Positions 52,721 to 64,000 of a stretch of 64,000 nt of DNA are shown in pieces. Every line of letters starts with the position of its first letter. The first letter of the stretch is position 1. The DNA comes from Octopus vulgaris (taxonomy: Eukaryota), in the NCBI GenBank assembly GCA_951406725.2, contig OX597814.1, positions 186,558,001 to 186,622,000 of the forward strand, written 5' to 3'. The position numbers and the translations under genes are program-made. Under the pieces are notes generated by a model. That model did not search any database. It saw only the letters and a list, made by a program, of their open reading frames with translations, and had not been told where the DNA came from.

Positions 52721-53112
52721 GACTATTCCAGCCAGTAATTAAGATATTCGCGGTTGCCTGGATAGTCTTCTGTTCAAATTATGTTACTTGTATAACTATT
52801 AAAGACTTCTTAAGGCACACGCGCGCGCGCGGACACACACACTAACACATGAGTCATTTAAAACATTAACTTTAAACGTTGTGTTATCACATATACGCAC
52901 TCGTATAATATACATCGTTTTAAGTGACTCATTCGTGTAAAACCAATAAGCCCCCATAAAAGATTTTTTTTTCTTTTAAATCTATGTTTTTGCAGGTGTA
53001 TTATTATCACTTCGCGTCGACTTGTGATGGTGCAATCTTATCGTCCAAAGTTGTGATAGTAATTTCTGTTTCGGCTATTGTATCACTAAAACATTGAAGT
53101 CCGAAATATTAC

Positions 53113-53343
53113 ACACACGCGCGCGCGCGCAGGCAGGCACGCACGCACGCACGTACGTACGTACGTACATACATACATACATACATACATACATGCATGC
53201 ATGCATACATACATACATACATACATACATACATACATACATACACACACACCCATCCATCCATACACACCCACCCATCCATCCATCCATACATCATACA
53301 TACATACATACATACATGCATACACACACACACACCCATCCAT

Positions 53344-53392
<49 letters not shown>

Positions 53393-53445
53393 TACATACA
53401 TACATACATACATACATACATACATACATACATACATACATACAT
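53113..53445. repeat. Compound microsatellite (CG/GCAC/GTAC/CATA/CATC/CA)
   Basis: Directly visible. Confidence 0.95.
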
Positions 53446-54906
53446 GTAAGTAAGTAAGTAAGTATATATTGGAATTGGTTTGATGCTTTTACAGGATATT
53501 TCATGCCGTATAATTGTCAATCGTTTTGCTGTATTATTGTATCGTATCGGATCATAGACATAACAGTAAAGTGATTTGGATGTGTTGAAAGTCTTTCGAA
53601 CGGGATGCTTTTGCCGAATCTTCGGACTATTATAGATTATCCATCTGAGAAGGAAAAAAAATCACATTTAATATTCCTACTTTTACCAATCGACTGTTTC
53701 TGAATTCAGTAACAGCGGTTACGCTGATAAGAATATGTCAATCAGATTATGCAGGTTCGCTATACAGGCGGCGAATTGGTAGAGTCGTTAAAGCGTCGGG
53801 GGAGATGCTTTGCAATATAATTGCCTCGGCTCTTTACGTTCTTAGTTCAAATCTTGCCATGGCCTACATGAGTGGTAGACATAATTCGCTGCTCGGTTCA
53901 AAACCACCACTTGGCCCTTGAATATCCTCTCTATCGCAAACGTTCGAACAAAGTCACTAATTTCAGGAGACCTCCCTACCTCCCGTCTTGCCTCTCACTA
54001 GTCTCATAGGCGGTGTTAAAAAAAAATTACAAACTACTCAGATGTTTCCACAAAGATGGGAAATGCACAAAAGGGCGCTGAGAAAGGCCTGGCTGAAAAT
54101 TATTTTAAAACGAAATAACACCAGAAACGAAAGGAAATTGTTCATAGGCAATGAGTACCTAAGGTAGGGTGGTGGATCTGGGTGAACATCCACATGATAA
54201 CTCACAGCGTAAAAAACTTATTTATGTAGATCTTGTTGGGTGCCTCTCGAATTGAAATCTTTCAAATTCATCTTTCCTGCACGTGAAAGCAAGTGTCTAT
54301 TAAATAAAATTCTGACGTGTTGGCCCAGATCAATAAGGATACAGAAATGAAGCTGTATCTGAGAAATTGTTATAAATAAATAATTTCTTTTGAGTTCCGT
54401 GGTGTTTTTGTATTTCAGCCACTTTCCGATCACATGGCGGGAAGTCACTGAGATATAAATATTCTCTTATGTAGTACCTCAGCCTACCGCAAGAAACATT
54501 CCCAGGGGATTGGATACTTCATTTTTGATAGCCAAGACACCTTAAGAATGGAAGATTTTCATGTTGTTGCGAGGATTAGCATGAAAACCTGAGTTTTGAA
54601 CCCTAGCTCTCAGGTTTTCTCGTCTCAGAATCACGACCTACTGTATCAGCATAAAAGGAAGAGTGTCGCCACAAAAGGCATTAACGCTTACGTCACTATA
54701 GTTCGATCAACCAGCGCTGGCTGACTTACTATGGTTGATGCGGTGAAGCTCAAAGAAAGTGCGCGAGTTTTCCCAGCAAAACAGTTTCGCCGAACGTTCT
54801 GGAAAATGTGGCTTATGGTCATAAAAAGCTGGCTAATTCAAATTCATATTAGAGTCACTCAGCCGTCTAGACAAATCTGTGTAACTTTTCTCAGCGAGTT
54901 AGTCTC

Positions 54907-54970
<64 letters not shown>

Positions 54971-56392
54971 TCACTCACTCACCCTCTTTTTCGTATTTAA
55001 CAAGCTTATGTTGTATTCGACAAAGGGCACCAACTTAAAGTTGGTGTCGAATAATGCACTTTCATTATATACAGTGATTTAAATACCTTCTACTCTATTT
55101 CGTCTTCCATGGTTATGTCCTATTTTCATATTATTTAGCATGTTGAAATACAGAAGACTACCAGCTGATATGTTCGCTACTTCATGAAGGTTGTTCTATT
55201 AATTTACTTGAATGTATAAATGTAAATATAAACGATGCAGGTTAATAAACTATTTGAAAACTCAAATATATATTAGTTTGGTCATTCTTAACTTCACACG
55301 CAACCTAACAAATATTGTGAACCACTATATGACTAATCATCACACTAAAACGCCAACAGGGTATTTGAACTTAAGCAGTCGAACATCATATTTAACCGGC
55401 AGTCGGACATCTCACTTTTATATGTGACTGTATTCTCGAATGGAAACTAGAGTGTGAACTTAGCTTCCCCAACCTCTGCTTTGGTATTCTGCTCTAGTGT
55501 CTAAACAAAATGAAATCTTCGCTGTGCCGGGACAGCTCAAATGCATTGGGTATCATATGGATCAGATACGAAAGGCAAGTGAAATATAATTATTATATGC
55601 TGAAGAATTGGCAAGGAAGCATAACCAAAAGGGAAAGTACTTTGAGAAAAGAGACACCAGCACCGTATGTTTGGTGTTAGACAGATAAGCAAGAGCCTGC
55701 TAATTGTAGTTGCTAAAACACCAAAAATACAAGTGTCTCAATATACAACATTGCTGTAACTGAGCAATAGAAACTAGAGAAACTATACAGCAATATTTCT
55801 ATAGAAATCAAGTATCTTAGAGCAAAAGATAAGGTCTCGACAATCCAAGACCGCGAAACAGTTTCAACCTCTAGTTAAAGTCATCTCACTTTTGTCGTTA
55901 ATGCTTTTGGGAAAATCATGGACATCACATTACACTAGTGACTAGTGTAAAAGAGACCAATATATTCAAACTACTTTAGATCTAATGCTAAATCTCAAGT
56001 TTATCGTGCCGTCAATAAATAAAATGTGTCAGTCGGAAAATAAAAGACGAAGTTAAATATACTAAACAAAGTACATCAAGGGAAGAGTACGTTGGCACAG
56101 ACCAACTTACGTTCATCTCACTACAATTTGGACAGTATACGTACAAATTACCACCCTAAATATTTTAAACATCCTCGTTTCTTTTCACTCCCGACCTCAT
56201 AATATATATACTTATGTTTTGGAAGAAACAATACACTAAATTTAGGCAAAACTTCGCATGACAGGCAATTTGCATTAAGCAACGTTGCTTCAGTGAAGGA
56301 TGAACTCGAGTAGGGCAACGGCCAATCTAGCAGCCAAACTAAATCCAGACTGATCTAAGTACGAAGGTATAGGCGCGCACATGAACACACGA

Positions 56393-56434
<42 letters not shown>

Positions 56435-57286
56435 CTATTTATACTGATAGTACATGCGTACTTAATTTCGTTTTTCTTTACAAGTGTCTGGAACAGCATT
56501 ACCTCATGTTTCATATATATATATATATGGTGGTTCTTTAAAACGCCTACAATTAGTGATTTTAACGCATAATTCACAGGTCAGTGGAGGTGAGCTGTTT
56601 GATATCATAAACACATACACCTTGAACATTCTTTGGCTTCGTGATGATTTTATATGGGAAGATTTAAATAATTTTCATTGCACTTAGAGCAATAAAAAGA
56701 GTTTCACCAGTATGTAACACACATTGTATAAATACAATATATATCTCACACTGAGAAAATAAGATATTATCACACTCTTTTCAGCATATGCAAGCATTGA
56801 ATATACATTAATTTTTGACTGAACAAACACCAAAATACATGAACATTAAAACATTCTTCGGGGAAAACCCTAGGTACAATATCGAGAAAATTAAAGCAAA
56901 TAGATACATACATTTTGCATTTTAAAATACAGAGTTCCGAGATATGAGTGAAATTATCATACGTATCGAAATTAGTGAAAATAACAAAATTCCTTGTTCA
57001 TAGTTCATCATTTAGGAATATAAGAATATAGAATAAAAACGAAAGATTACTAACAGAAGGCAATTATTGTGTCTGCCAAAAGTTATAGCACATATACTCA
57101 CATTTCCAATTGTGCTGCATGTAAGAAGGAAGACTACTCTTCACAGCATTTTAGAATCTATTGTATATTTTGCTTTCTGACATGACAGCACAAAATTATA
57201 ACAAATATATGTTTAAGTCTCAAGACTTGAGAATAGCCTTAAACATCTTAGTATCGCTAGACATTATAGAGCCGTATGCATAAATT

Positions 57287-57464
57287 ACTCTTTTACTTGT
57301 TTCAGTCATTTGACTGCAGCCATGCTGGAGCACCGCCTTTAGTCGAGCAAATCGACCCTAGGACTAAGCCTAGTACTTATTCTATTGAACTCTTTTGCCG
57401 CTAAGTTACGGGGACGTAAACACACCAGCATCAGTTGTCAAGCGATGTTGTGGGTGGTGGACAA

Positions 57465-57559
<95 letters not shown>

Positions 57560-59448
57560 CATACATATATATATACGACGGGCTTCTTTCAGTTTCCGTT
57601 TACCAAATCCACTCACAAGGTTTTGGTCAGCCCGAGGCAATAGTAGAAGACACTTGCCCAAGGAGCCACGCGGTGGGACTGAACCTGGAACCATGTGGCT
57701 CGTAAGCAAGCTACTTTTATTCATTAAATTTGCCATGTAAGCAGCACATAGATAAGGTAGCTTTGCGGGCTGGACACAAACATTGATGAGGCGAATGATT
57801 ATGATTCAGAAATGATAAAGATGGGAGAAGACAGAAAGCGCCAGCCGACCCTCTGCTTCTCCAAAACATTGTTCTTTAAAAATACATATACAGAGGTATT
57901 AACCCTCTTACAATTTTTAGATACCATATATTTGGACTAAAAAGTCCATACGAATATAAAACACAATTTATACACAAAGTGGAGGCGATAAACCTCTACA
58001 ATTCTTCCCCGAGTAATTTTCTTGCAACTTGCAGGCATTCCTGCAACCGCAATCCGAGGCTCCAAAAAAAGAATTCTATAATTCTCGTTTTTACACGAGT
58101 CAATTATAAGATCACAGTACATTCTTTCCAGCACCAGAGCATCCACCTGCGGAGGCCACTCTGGACTGTCAATACAAGTCGGGTCCCCCAGGACCCGACT
58201 ATCCATATTATTCTCCACGAAACTGTTAATAGCTCCTCCCCTGAGATAGAAGAACATATATTCTTCACCACTTTCACTGGGAGGGGCCTCAATTCCCTCG
58301 CTCAGCGGTATACATCCCACTGACGAGGTTATCTTCTTCTCCCCCTCCGGTGACACACTTCCCACCGAAGGGGTTTCGGGATATGCCGTCGCCGGCAATG
58401 CCCCGTTTTTCTTTTTTCTCTTCTTTTTCCCTCTTACGACGGGAGGGTGGAGTTCCTCCGACATCTCCGGAGGACCTTCCCTCTCCCCGCCGTCTCAGGA
58501 TCCATCGGTGGGCAACAATGGTTGCCCACCTTCTTTGTTTTTTCCCTTTTGTTTTCGAGGAGGTTACCTCCTCCTCGATTTTTCATCCACCAAGGGAGCA
58601 GGGTCACCTTTTCAATTAACTGTTCCAGGACCCTTGCCTGGTCAAGGCAACAGTTCTTCTTTATATGGCCCGATTCCAGGCACAGTTGCGTACTTCGCAC
58701 CCCTGTGGATAAACCTAATAGTTGGCAAACAGTCTGCCAACTCCTCCTCAATTTCTTCCTCAGAGAAGACCTTGATGGTGTCAAGGACCCTGGAATAAGT
58801 CCTTAACACCACCGTTCTCTCCGTATAATTTTTCAACCATTCTTTGGGGGGCCACAATTTGCCACTCCAAAGCGGATTTCACAGTTGCCATGTTGATAGC
58901 CAAAAACAAAAATAAAAATCCACAAACAAAAATCAAAATGTTCAAATGAAAGTCTATAAAGAAACTCAAAAAAGATCAGAAAGACAGACAGGAGAAGAAG
59001 AGCGAAGGAAGATAGTCCAAAATGGCAACATACCACAACACAATTCTGCTACTCTGGTAATCCAAACTGGTAGTCCTTCGCAGCACAAATAGTATTCTGT
59101 CCATCTCTGGCTGTACTCCTATCCTTTATGGTAAAAATCCACTTGAAAGGGCACAAACACAGTCATAGAAAATTCCAAAAAATAAACACAATTCTCACTA
59201 CGAAGTGAGTCTGCTTGCACGACCACTGGCAAACAAATGCCTGGAACCCAATAGAGACCCCTGCTCGAAAAAATACTTAAATACAAACAGCAGACCCCAC
59301 TAAGCTCCCAAAGAACAAATGCTTTACCTGTGGTCGTGCTTCAAATGTTCAATTGTTCACGTACGACGTGACTTCCACCGCGACGAAAAACAACGCGACA
59401 ACTTGGTAGCAGTAAGCAAGCTACTTACCACACAGCCACTCTTACGCC
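57287..59448 (-). mobile_element. CORE-like SINE split by a 1.7-kb insertion
   Basis: The SINE body at 57287-57716 continues at 59412-59448 (...CTTACCACACAGCCACTC). Confidence 0.85.
57717..59411 (-). mobile_element. Internally deleted L1/Tx1-like non-LTR element with 15-bp TSD
   Basis: TSD GTAAGCAAGCTACTT at 57702-57716 and 59412-59426. ORF1-like remnant at 58891-57937 with a partial zinc knuckle (CLESGHIKKNC) and a basic tract. Endonuclease-like scraps (VRGFN, IRLINV) and AATAAA at the 3' end. Confidence 0.7.
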
Positions 59449-59459
59449 TAAATGATGAA

Positions 59460-59850
59460 CATTCGATTTTCGAATAATTTTGGATTCTTATCAGAAGCGT
59501 CTAAGATGGAAATTTCTTCCTTTTTGCGACACGGTGATGTATTTGAATGAACACGTGATCGCGAGATTCTATAAAAGCCTGAAATATATAGAAGAACAGA
59601 CCAAAATATACTAAGGATGTTGTTACAAGTTCCCTCAATCTTCAAATATAATTGGAAAGGCCAGTGGAAAATCTTGTAAATATAGCAAGAATTGTAACAC
59701 TTATACACGCTAAGGAAGATGAAATTTTAAAACAGCAAAAATTATGGCAGCAATTCAAACATGATAGAGCTTTCATAATTTTTGTAATTATGAAAGCTCT
59801 ATCATTTTACCTCACATTTTCACTAGATATCAATAAAAAAAAAAATGAAG
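59460..59850 (+). mobile_element. Possible hAT transposase remnant
   Basis: A TR*CI*M segment resembles the hAT TRW motif and is followed by helical-looking ORF 59652-59858. Very decayed. Confidence 0.25.
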
Positions 59851-60869
59851 CTCTCTAAGAAAAACGTCAAGTGCATGTACACTGTCAGGACTGAGATTTT
59901 GTGGGTCAAAGAGCAAAATCTTTAAATTTCTTACTTTATATGAAGACACTCCTACATTGTTCTTTTTTTTTATTTCCTTGGAAATACACATATGGAAATT
60001 TATAATACAGTGTTACTATATCACTATAAATGGAACATTCTATAAACAAACAACTAATATTTCTTAAGCTTACAAATCCTTTTTATGAAAATTTCTTGTA
60101 AGGTTGACCTGAACGCTTGTTATGGTGGGTTATTTATCTTAGGATATCAAACGTTCACAAAAATGTTACAGCTGAAACAAATAGTGGTCATGAGACTTAA
60201 CAATTATGATACATACCGAAGTGTAGATGCAATTGATGTTATAACTTCCTTAAAAGTTCTATTTGCACATTACTTTCTCTGCTTTCTTGTTTTACCGCTG
60301 TCCACTCAAATTTCCATATCTCAATGCATAGTGAGGGTGCGCAAAGTAGCAACAAGTTTTGATTTCACTCGATTCTTGCAAAGTTTAAAGTCTTTGTATT
60401 CATTACTTGGCATAATGTACTGCTGATGAGAAATGCAATGCTCTTCGACATGTTGGCAAATGAAAATTCTTTCTAGAAAACTTTTGGCAACATTTACAGA
60501 AAGATCAAAAGAGAAAAATAAATCAAATGGAACCATGAATGGACTAAAGTCATACTCGAGCATATTATAGTCCTTGTGGTGAATGAACAGCTGAATTAGA
60601 CCATCCACTTCATCACTCATGGAGATCTGACACTTTGAGCAATAAACACAAGTGTATTTTCTTCTGATAGCGTGAAAGGCACGTGTATGAATATACTTTC
60701 AGAACCTTTCTGCAATTGTATAGCAGACTTGGCAGGTAATTCGCTTTCTTTTTTTGGAAGTCAAAGTCTGCAATATCATTACAAACTTGTCAGAGCCTGA
60801 TGAACAATTAGATTCAACAACTAGCTTAATCAATTCAGTTGCTACTAAATAAAAAATCTAGATTCTAAA

Positions 60870-60915
<46 letters not shown>

Positions 60916-61231
60916 ATTATGAATAATTAAAACGGCCATTAAAATATATAGGATTCATGTTATACGTTGTGGGAATGATGATACTTGTTAATTTAAATTG
61001 GTATTCTGTTATTAAATTAAATTAGCTTCTGTGAGTGCTATTCTTTTATTTCCCATAACTTTTTTTTTTAAATTAAAATGGATTTTAGTGGGGAAAATGT
61101 TTAATTAGGTGTGAAAGTATGAAAATATTAATCTAGTGTAGTCACAGGGAAATATGAAAAATCATTAACAAAAACTTTTAAATTCGAACACAGCTGTGTC
61201 TTCTATATATATGTGCGTGAGTGTGTGTGTA

Positions 61232-62116
61232 TGTGGTCTGGTCAATAATTATCCAGACTGTTGCTATAGTAACGAAACACGGAAAGTTAAGCCGCTTGGC
61301 ACAGATTGACCTTGAACGCTGCTGTGCATACACACCAAGTTTTAACGTTCTAGGTCACTTCAGTTGTTTACAACTGTGCTTGGAAGGAATATGTGTAACG
61401 TGCGACCGTCGCATTGACCATGACAGAGGAAGTTGGGCAGAGAATTTGCATCAAATTTTGCCAAAAACTTGCGATACCTGCACAGGAGTCTACGCAAAGT
61501 TTTCAAAAAATTTTCATCGTTCTCAACACAATCAAGAAAACCTTGTGCAATTGAAACCCGAGTGTCTTTTTGGTCAGCTGAAAGCAGCTTTGGTACAAAA
61601 TTGGCAGATACGCGTCTCATACCCAAATCTTCAGTGATTATGGACTAAACCGAACCGTAATATGCATATCCTCTGATAACTCACGAATGGTGATTCGACG
61701 ATTTTCCCACACAGCCGTACGCACATCTGCGATGTTTTTCTCAGTTTGCTGGTTGTGGGTTTCTCAGAACGTTCGTCAACATCGACATTTTTTTCGGTCA
61801 TCATGAAAACGTCTGAACCACTCGTACACTTGTGTGCGGCTCATACACTCCTCTCCATACACTTCCTGCAACTTTGCATAGGCCTCTAAAGCAGGTATCG
61901 CCAAGACAACTTTATCTGTCATGGGCAATGCGAATATCACACGCTACACACTTTCCTTCCAAGCACTGCTGTAAACAGCGGAAGTTAGCTAGAACGTTAA
62001 AACTTAGTGCACATGCACAGTAAAGTTCAAGGTCAATCTGTGCCAAGCGGCTTCACTATGCTTGCTTTAGCTTCGTTACTATGGCAACAGTCTGGACACT
62101 TATTGATCAGACCTCG
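61232..62116. mobile_element. Fold-back mariner derivative built from two left ends
   Basis: The left arm (+) and right arm (-) both carry the 5' TIR, 5' UTR and transposase start. The right arm encodes MSRTQVYEWFRRF...LGMRRVSANFVPKLL. TA flanks both ends. Confidence 0.85.
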
Positions 62117-62264
62117 TACACACACATATAGATAGATAGATAGATAGATAGATACATACATACATACATACATACATACATACATACATACATACATACA
62201 TACATACATACATCATACATACATACATACATACATACATACATACATACATACATACATACAT

Positions 62265-62512
62265 ACAACGATGAAAGTTCCTTCCCGAGCCACATACTCA
62301 TAAGGCCGGTTTCCCGGATTCTGTAGCCTATATATTCCCCACCTCCTGAACGGGACGCCGATCTGTCGCAAGATTATTTTTGCCAGCTGAGTGAACTCAA
62401 ACAGCGTGAAATGCAATGTTCGCTCTAGACCACAACGCACCCCCTCGTCCTGGAATCGAAGCTACACTCTTACGATCTTGAGTGCAATACCTTTACCACT
62501 AAACTTTGCAGC
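62265..62512 (-). mobile_element. tRNA-derived SINE (decayed)
   Basis: Minus-strand head TTTAGTGGTAAAGG...GCTTCGATTCC, related to the 29.3 and 39.9 kb heads. Confidence 0.6.
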
Positions 62513-63104
62513 CACACGCGCGCGCGCACAAACACACACATTCATATATACATAGATACATAAATACACACGTACAAAGACACAGTGCTTTTTTTTTGTC
62601 GTTTTAATAACACGAATATATAATGTAAGTTTCCAAGCTAGTAGGGTGAGAGCTGAGAAAGGTTTTGGCTGTTATTTCTAGCGTGTAGTTTGAATTGTAT
62701 AAAGTACACATTAAATAATTAACTTTCATTAACTTTCAATAATTAGTACACTACGTACATTGGTGAAAACAGAGAGACCAAATTAAAGAATTCCTTGGTT
62801 ATTTGTACAAACATTCAAGCTAATGATTAGGTTATACCATAGAATTTTCTTAGCTCGACGAACTAAAAGTTTTTGGTAGTTATTCTATTCTATCTGAAAA
62901 TCCACTACAGTTAAAACGCTTCATTTCAGAATTCATAAATTTTTTATAAAAACTCTACAGTTGAAGATAAGATGATATACGTCTCCTAACAGACTAAGTT
63001 ACGGAGAATATATAAGGGTCATCAGAACCCTTATTAATATAAAATGACTCTTCACCAGCGTTATGATAATGGAATAAATTTAAGCGTCAAAATCTTATGT
63101 TATA

Positions 63105-63410
63105 CTAGCAGTATCGCCCGGCGTTGCTCGGGTTTGTAAGGGAAATAACTCTATAAGCATTTTTAGAGAGTTACTTCCCTTATATAATAGCAAAAAATGC
63201 ATTAAAAATGGGGGGAAATGATGATAATCTTTTTTTTTTTTTAATCGTAGACTCATCGTAGATGTGCGCTAATACCCAGAAGGGCTCGATATGAATCACG
63301 ACTATAAGATACCCGCTTTTTGTTACACTGCACCGCAAAATGTGGGAGTAGTTAGGAATCTAAATCGTAGGAGACAGACACTCACACAACTTCACTTTTA
63401 TATATAAAGA
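63105..63410 (-). mobile_element. Non-autonomous Helitron
   Basis: Minus strand starts A|TCTTTATATATAAAA and has hairpin CCCGAGCAACGCCGGG before a CTAG|T end. Confidence 0.8.
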
Positions 63411-64000
63411 TATAGAAAACTTACTTTTCTAAGGTTATTCTCGACAGTAATTTTTTTTTAAAACACATTGTCATCTCACTACGCATTAACTAATCAGCTC
63501 ATAAAGACTAATGATTAAGTAGGATGGTTTATTGACGCAGGGATAAAAAATTGTAATATAAAATTCAGTTTCTAGCATAGATATTACGAAACCATTCTAT
63601 GACTGATAACTTTATTATGCCCTAAATGAAGGTGAACTACTTTTCTAACTCTAAAAATAATAGGATCAAAGATTTTCTTACTGATTATGTGTAAATCTGA
63701 TTTTCCCAATACTGATTAATCTACATTTAGGGTGGTTAGCAAAATTGCTTAAAAGATCCTTTCGTTACCTAGATATTCTGAATAACATTTTTATTTCATT
63801 CCTAAGATTTCGTTCAAAGACTAATGTCGTGAAACTAGGAGTCACGAAATTTAATGTTTCAATATATATTTAATACCTATATTTTTATACTTGAGATCTT
63901 TTCGGTTTGAACGGCAGTTTTTTCTAGCCGTGTCATATGAAATTGTCACCCATAATTATGACCCTAGTATCGATCTATTGCATTTCAATCTATTTTAGGG

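Noticed and set aside
55014-55053. Short bulged hairpin TATTCGAC...CACCAACTT/AAGTTGGTGTCGAATA
   Set aside because: Too short to distinguish from a small repair scar or chance.
60085-60620. ORFs 60085-60426 and 60321-60620 as host exons or a hAT dimerisation domain
   Set aside because: No convincing motif or splice structure; at best very old transposon debris.
63893-64000. Probable start of another repeat at the window edge
   Set aside because: Truncated by the window, and no second end is available to support a call.

Overview
AT-rich, repeat-dense eukaryotic DNA. The SINE, LINE and microsatellite repertoire strongly resembles an Octopus (coleoid cephalopod) genome; this is inferred from family resemblance, not a database match. 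About 1-52 kb appears to be the 5' part of one large minus-strand gene. It has a putative first exon and promoter at ~52.0 kb, a 67-nt non-coding exon at 44.5 kb, and a first coding exon (27533-26793) encoding 247 aa of disordered, unidentified protein; later coding exons were not found. CpG is scarce left of ~48 kb and common right of it, consistent with gene-body methylation. The rest is decayed mobile DNA: Chapaev3, Tc1/mariner (DD41D, maT-like, mariner, Tc1), Helitrons, RTE LINEs with a PHD finger inside the RT, a Penelope-like element, a deleted L1/Tx1-like element inserted in a SINE head, and many tRNA-derived SINEs. The most unusual signals are: (1) a head-to-head pair of circularly permuted, tRNA-containing ~270-300 bp units; (2) hammerhead-ribozyme-like motifs; (3) several long fold-back structures, which together suggest a Penelope-driven non-autonomous retroelement system; (4) the RT-embedded PHD finger; and (5) a mariner derivative built from two left ends. 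All coordinates were read by eye, so repeat boundaries are approximate.
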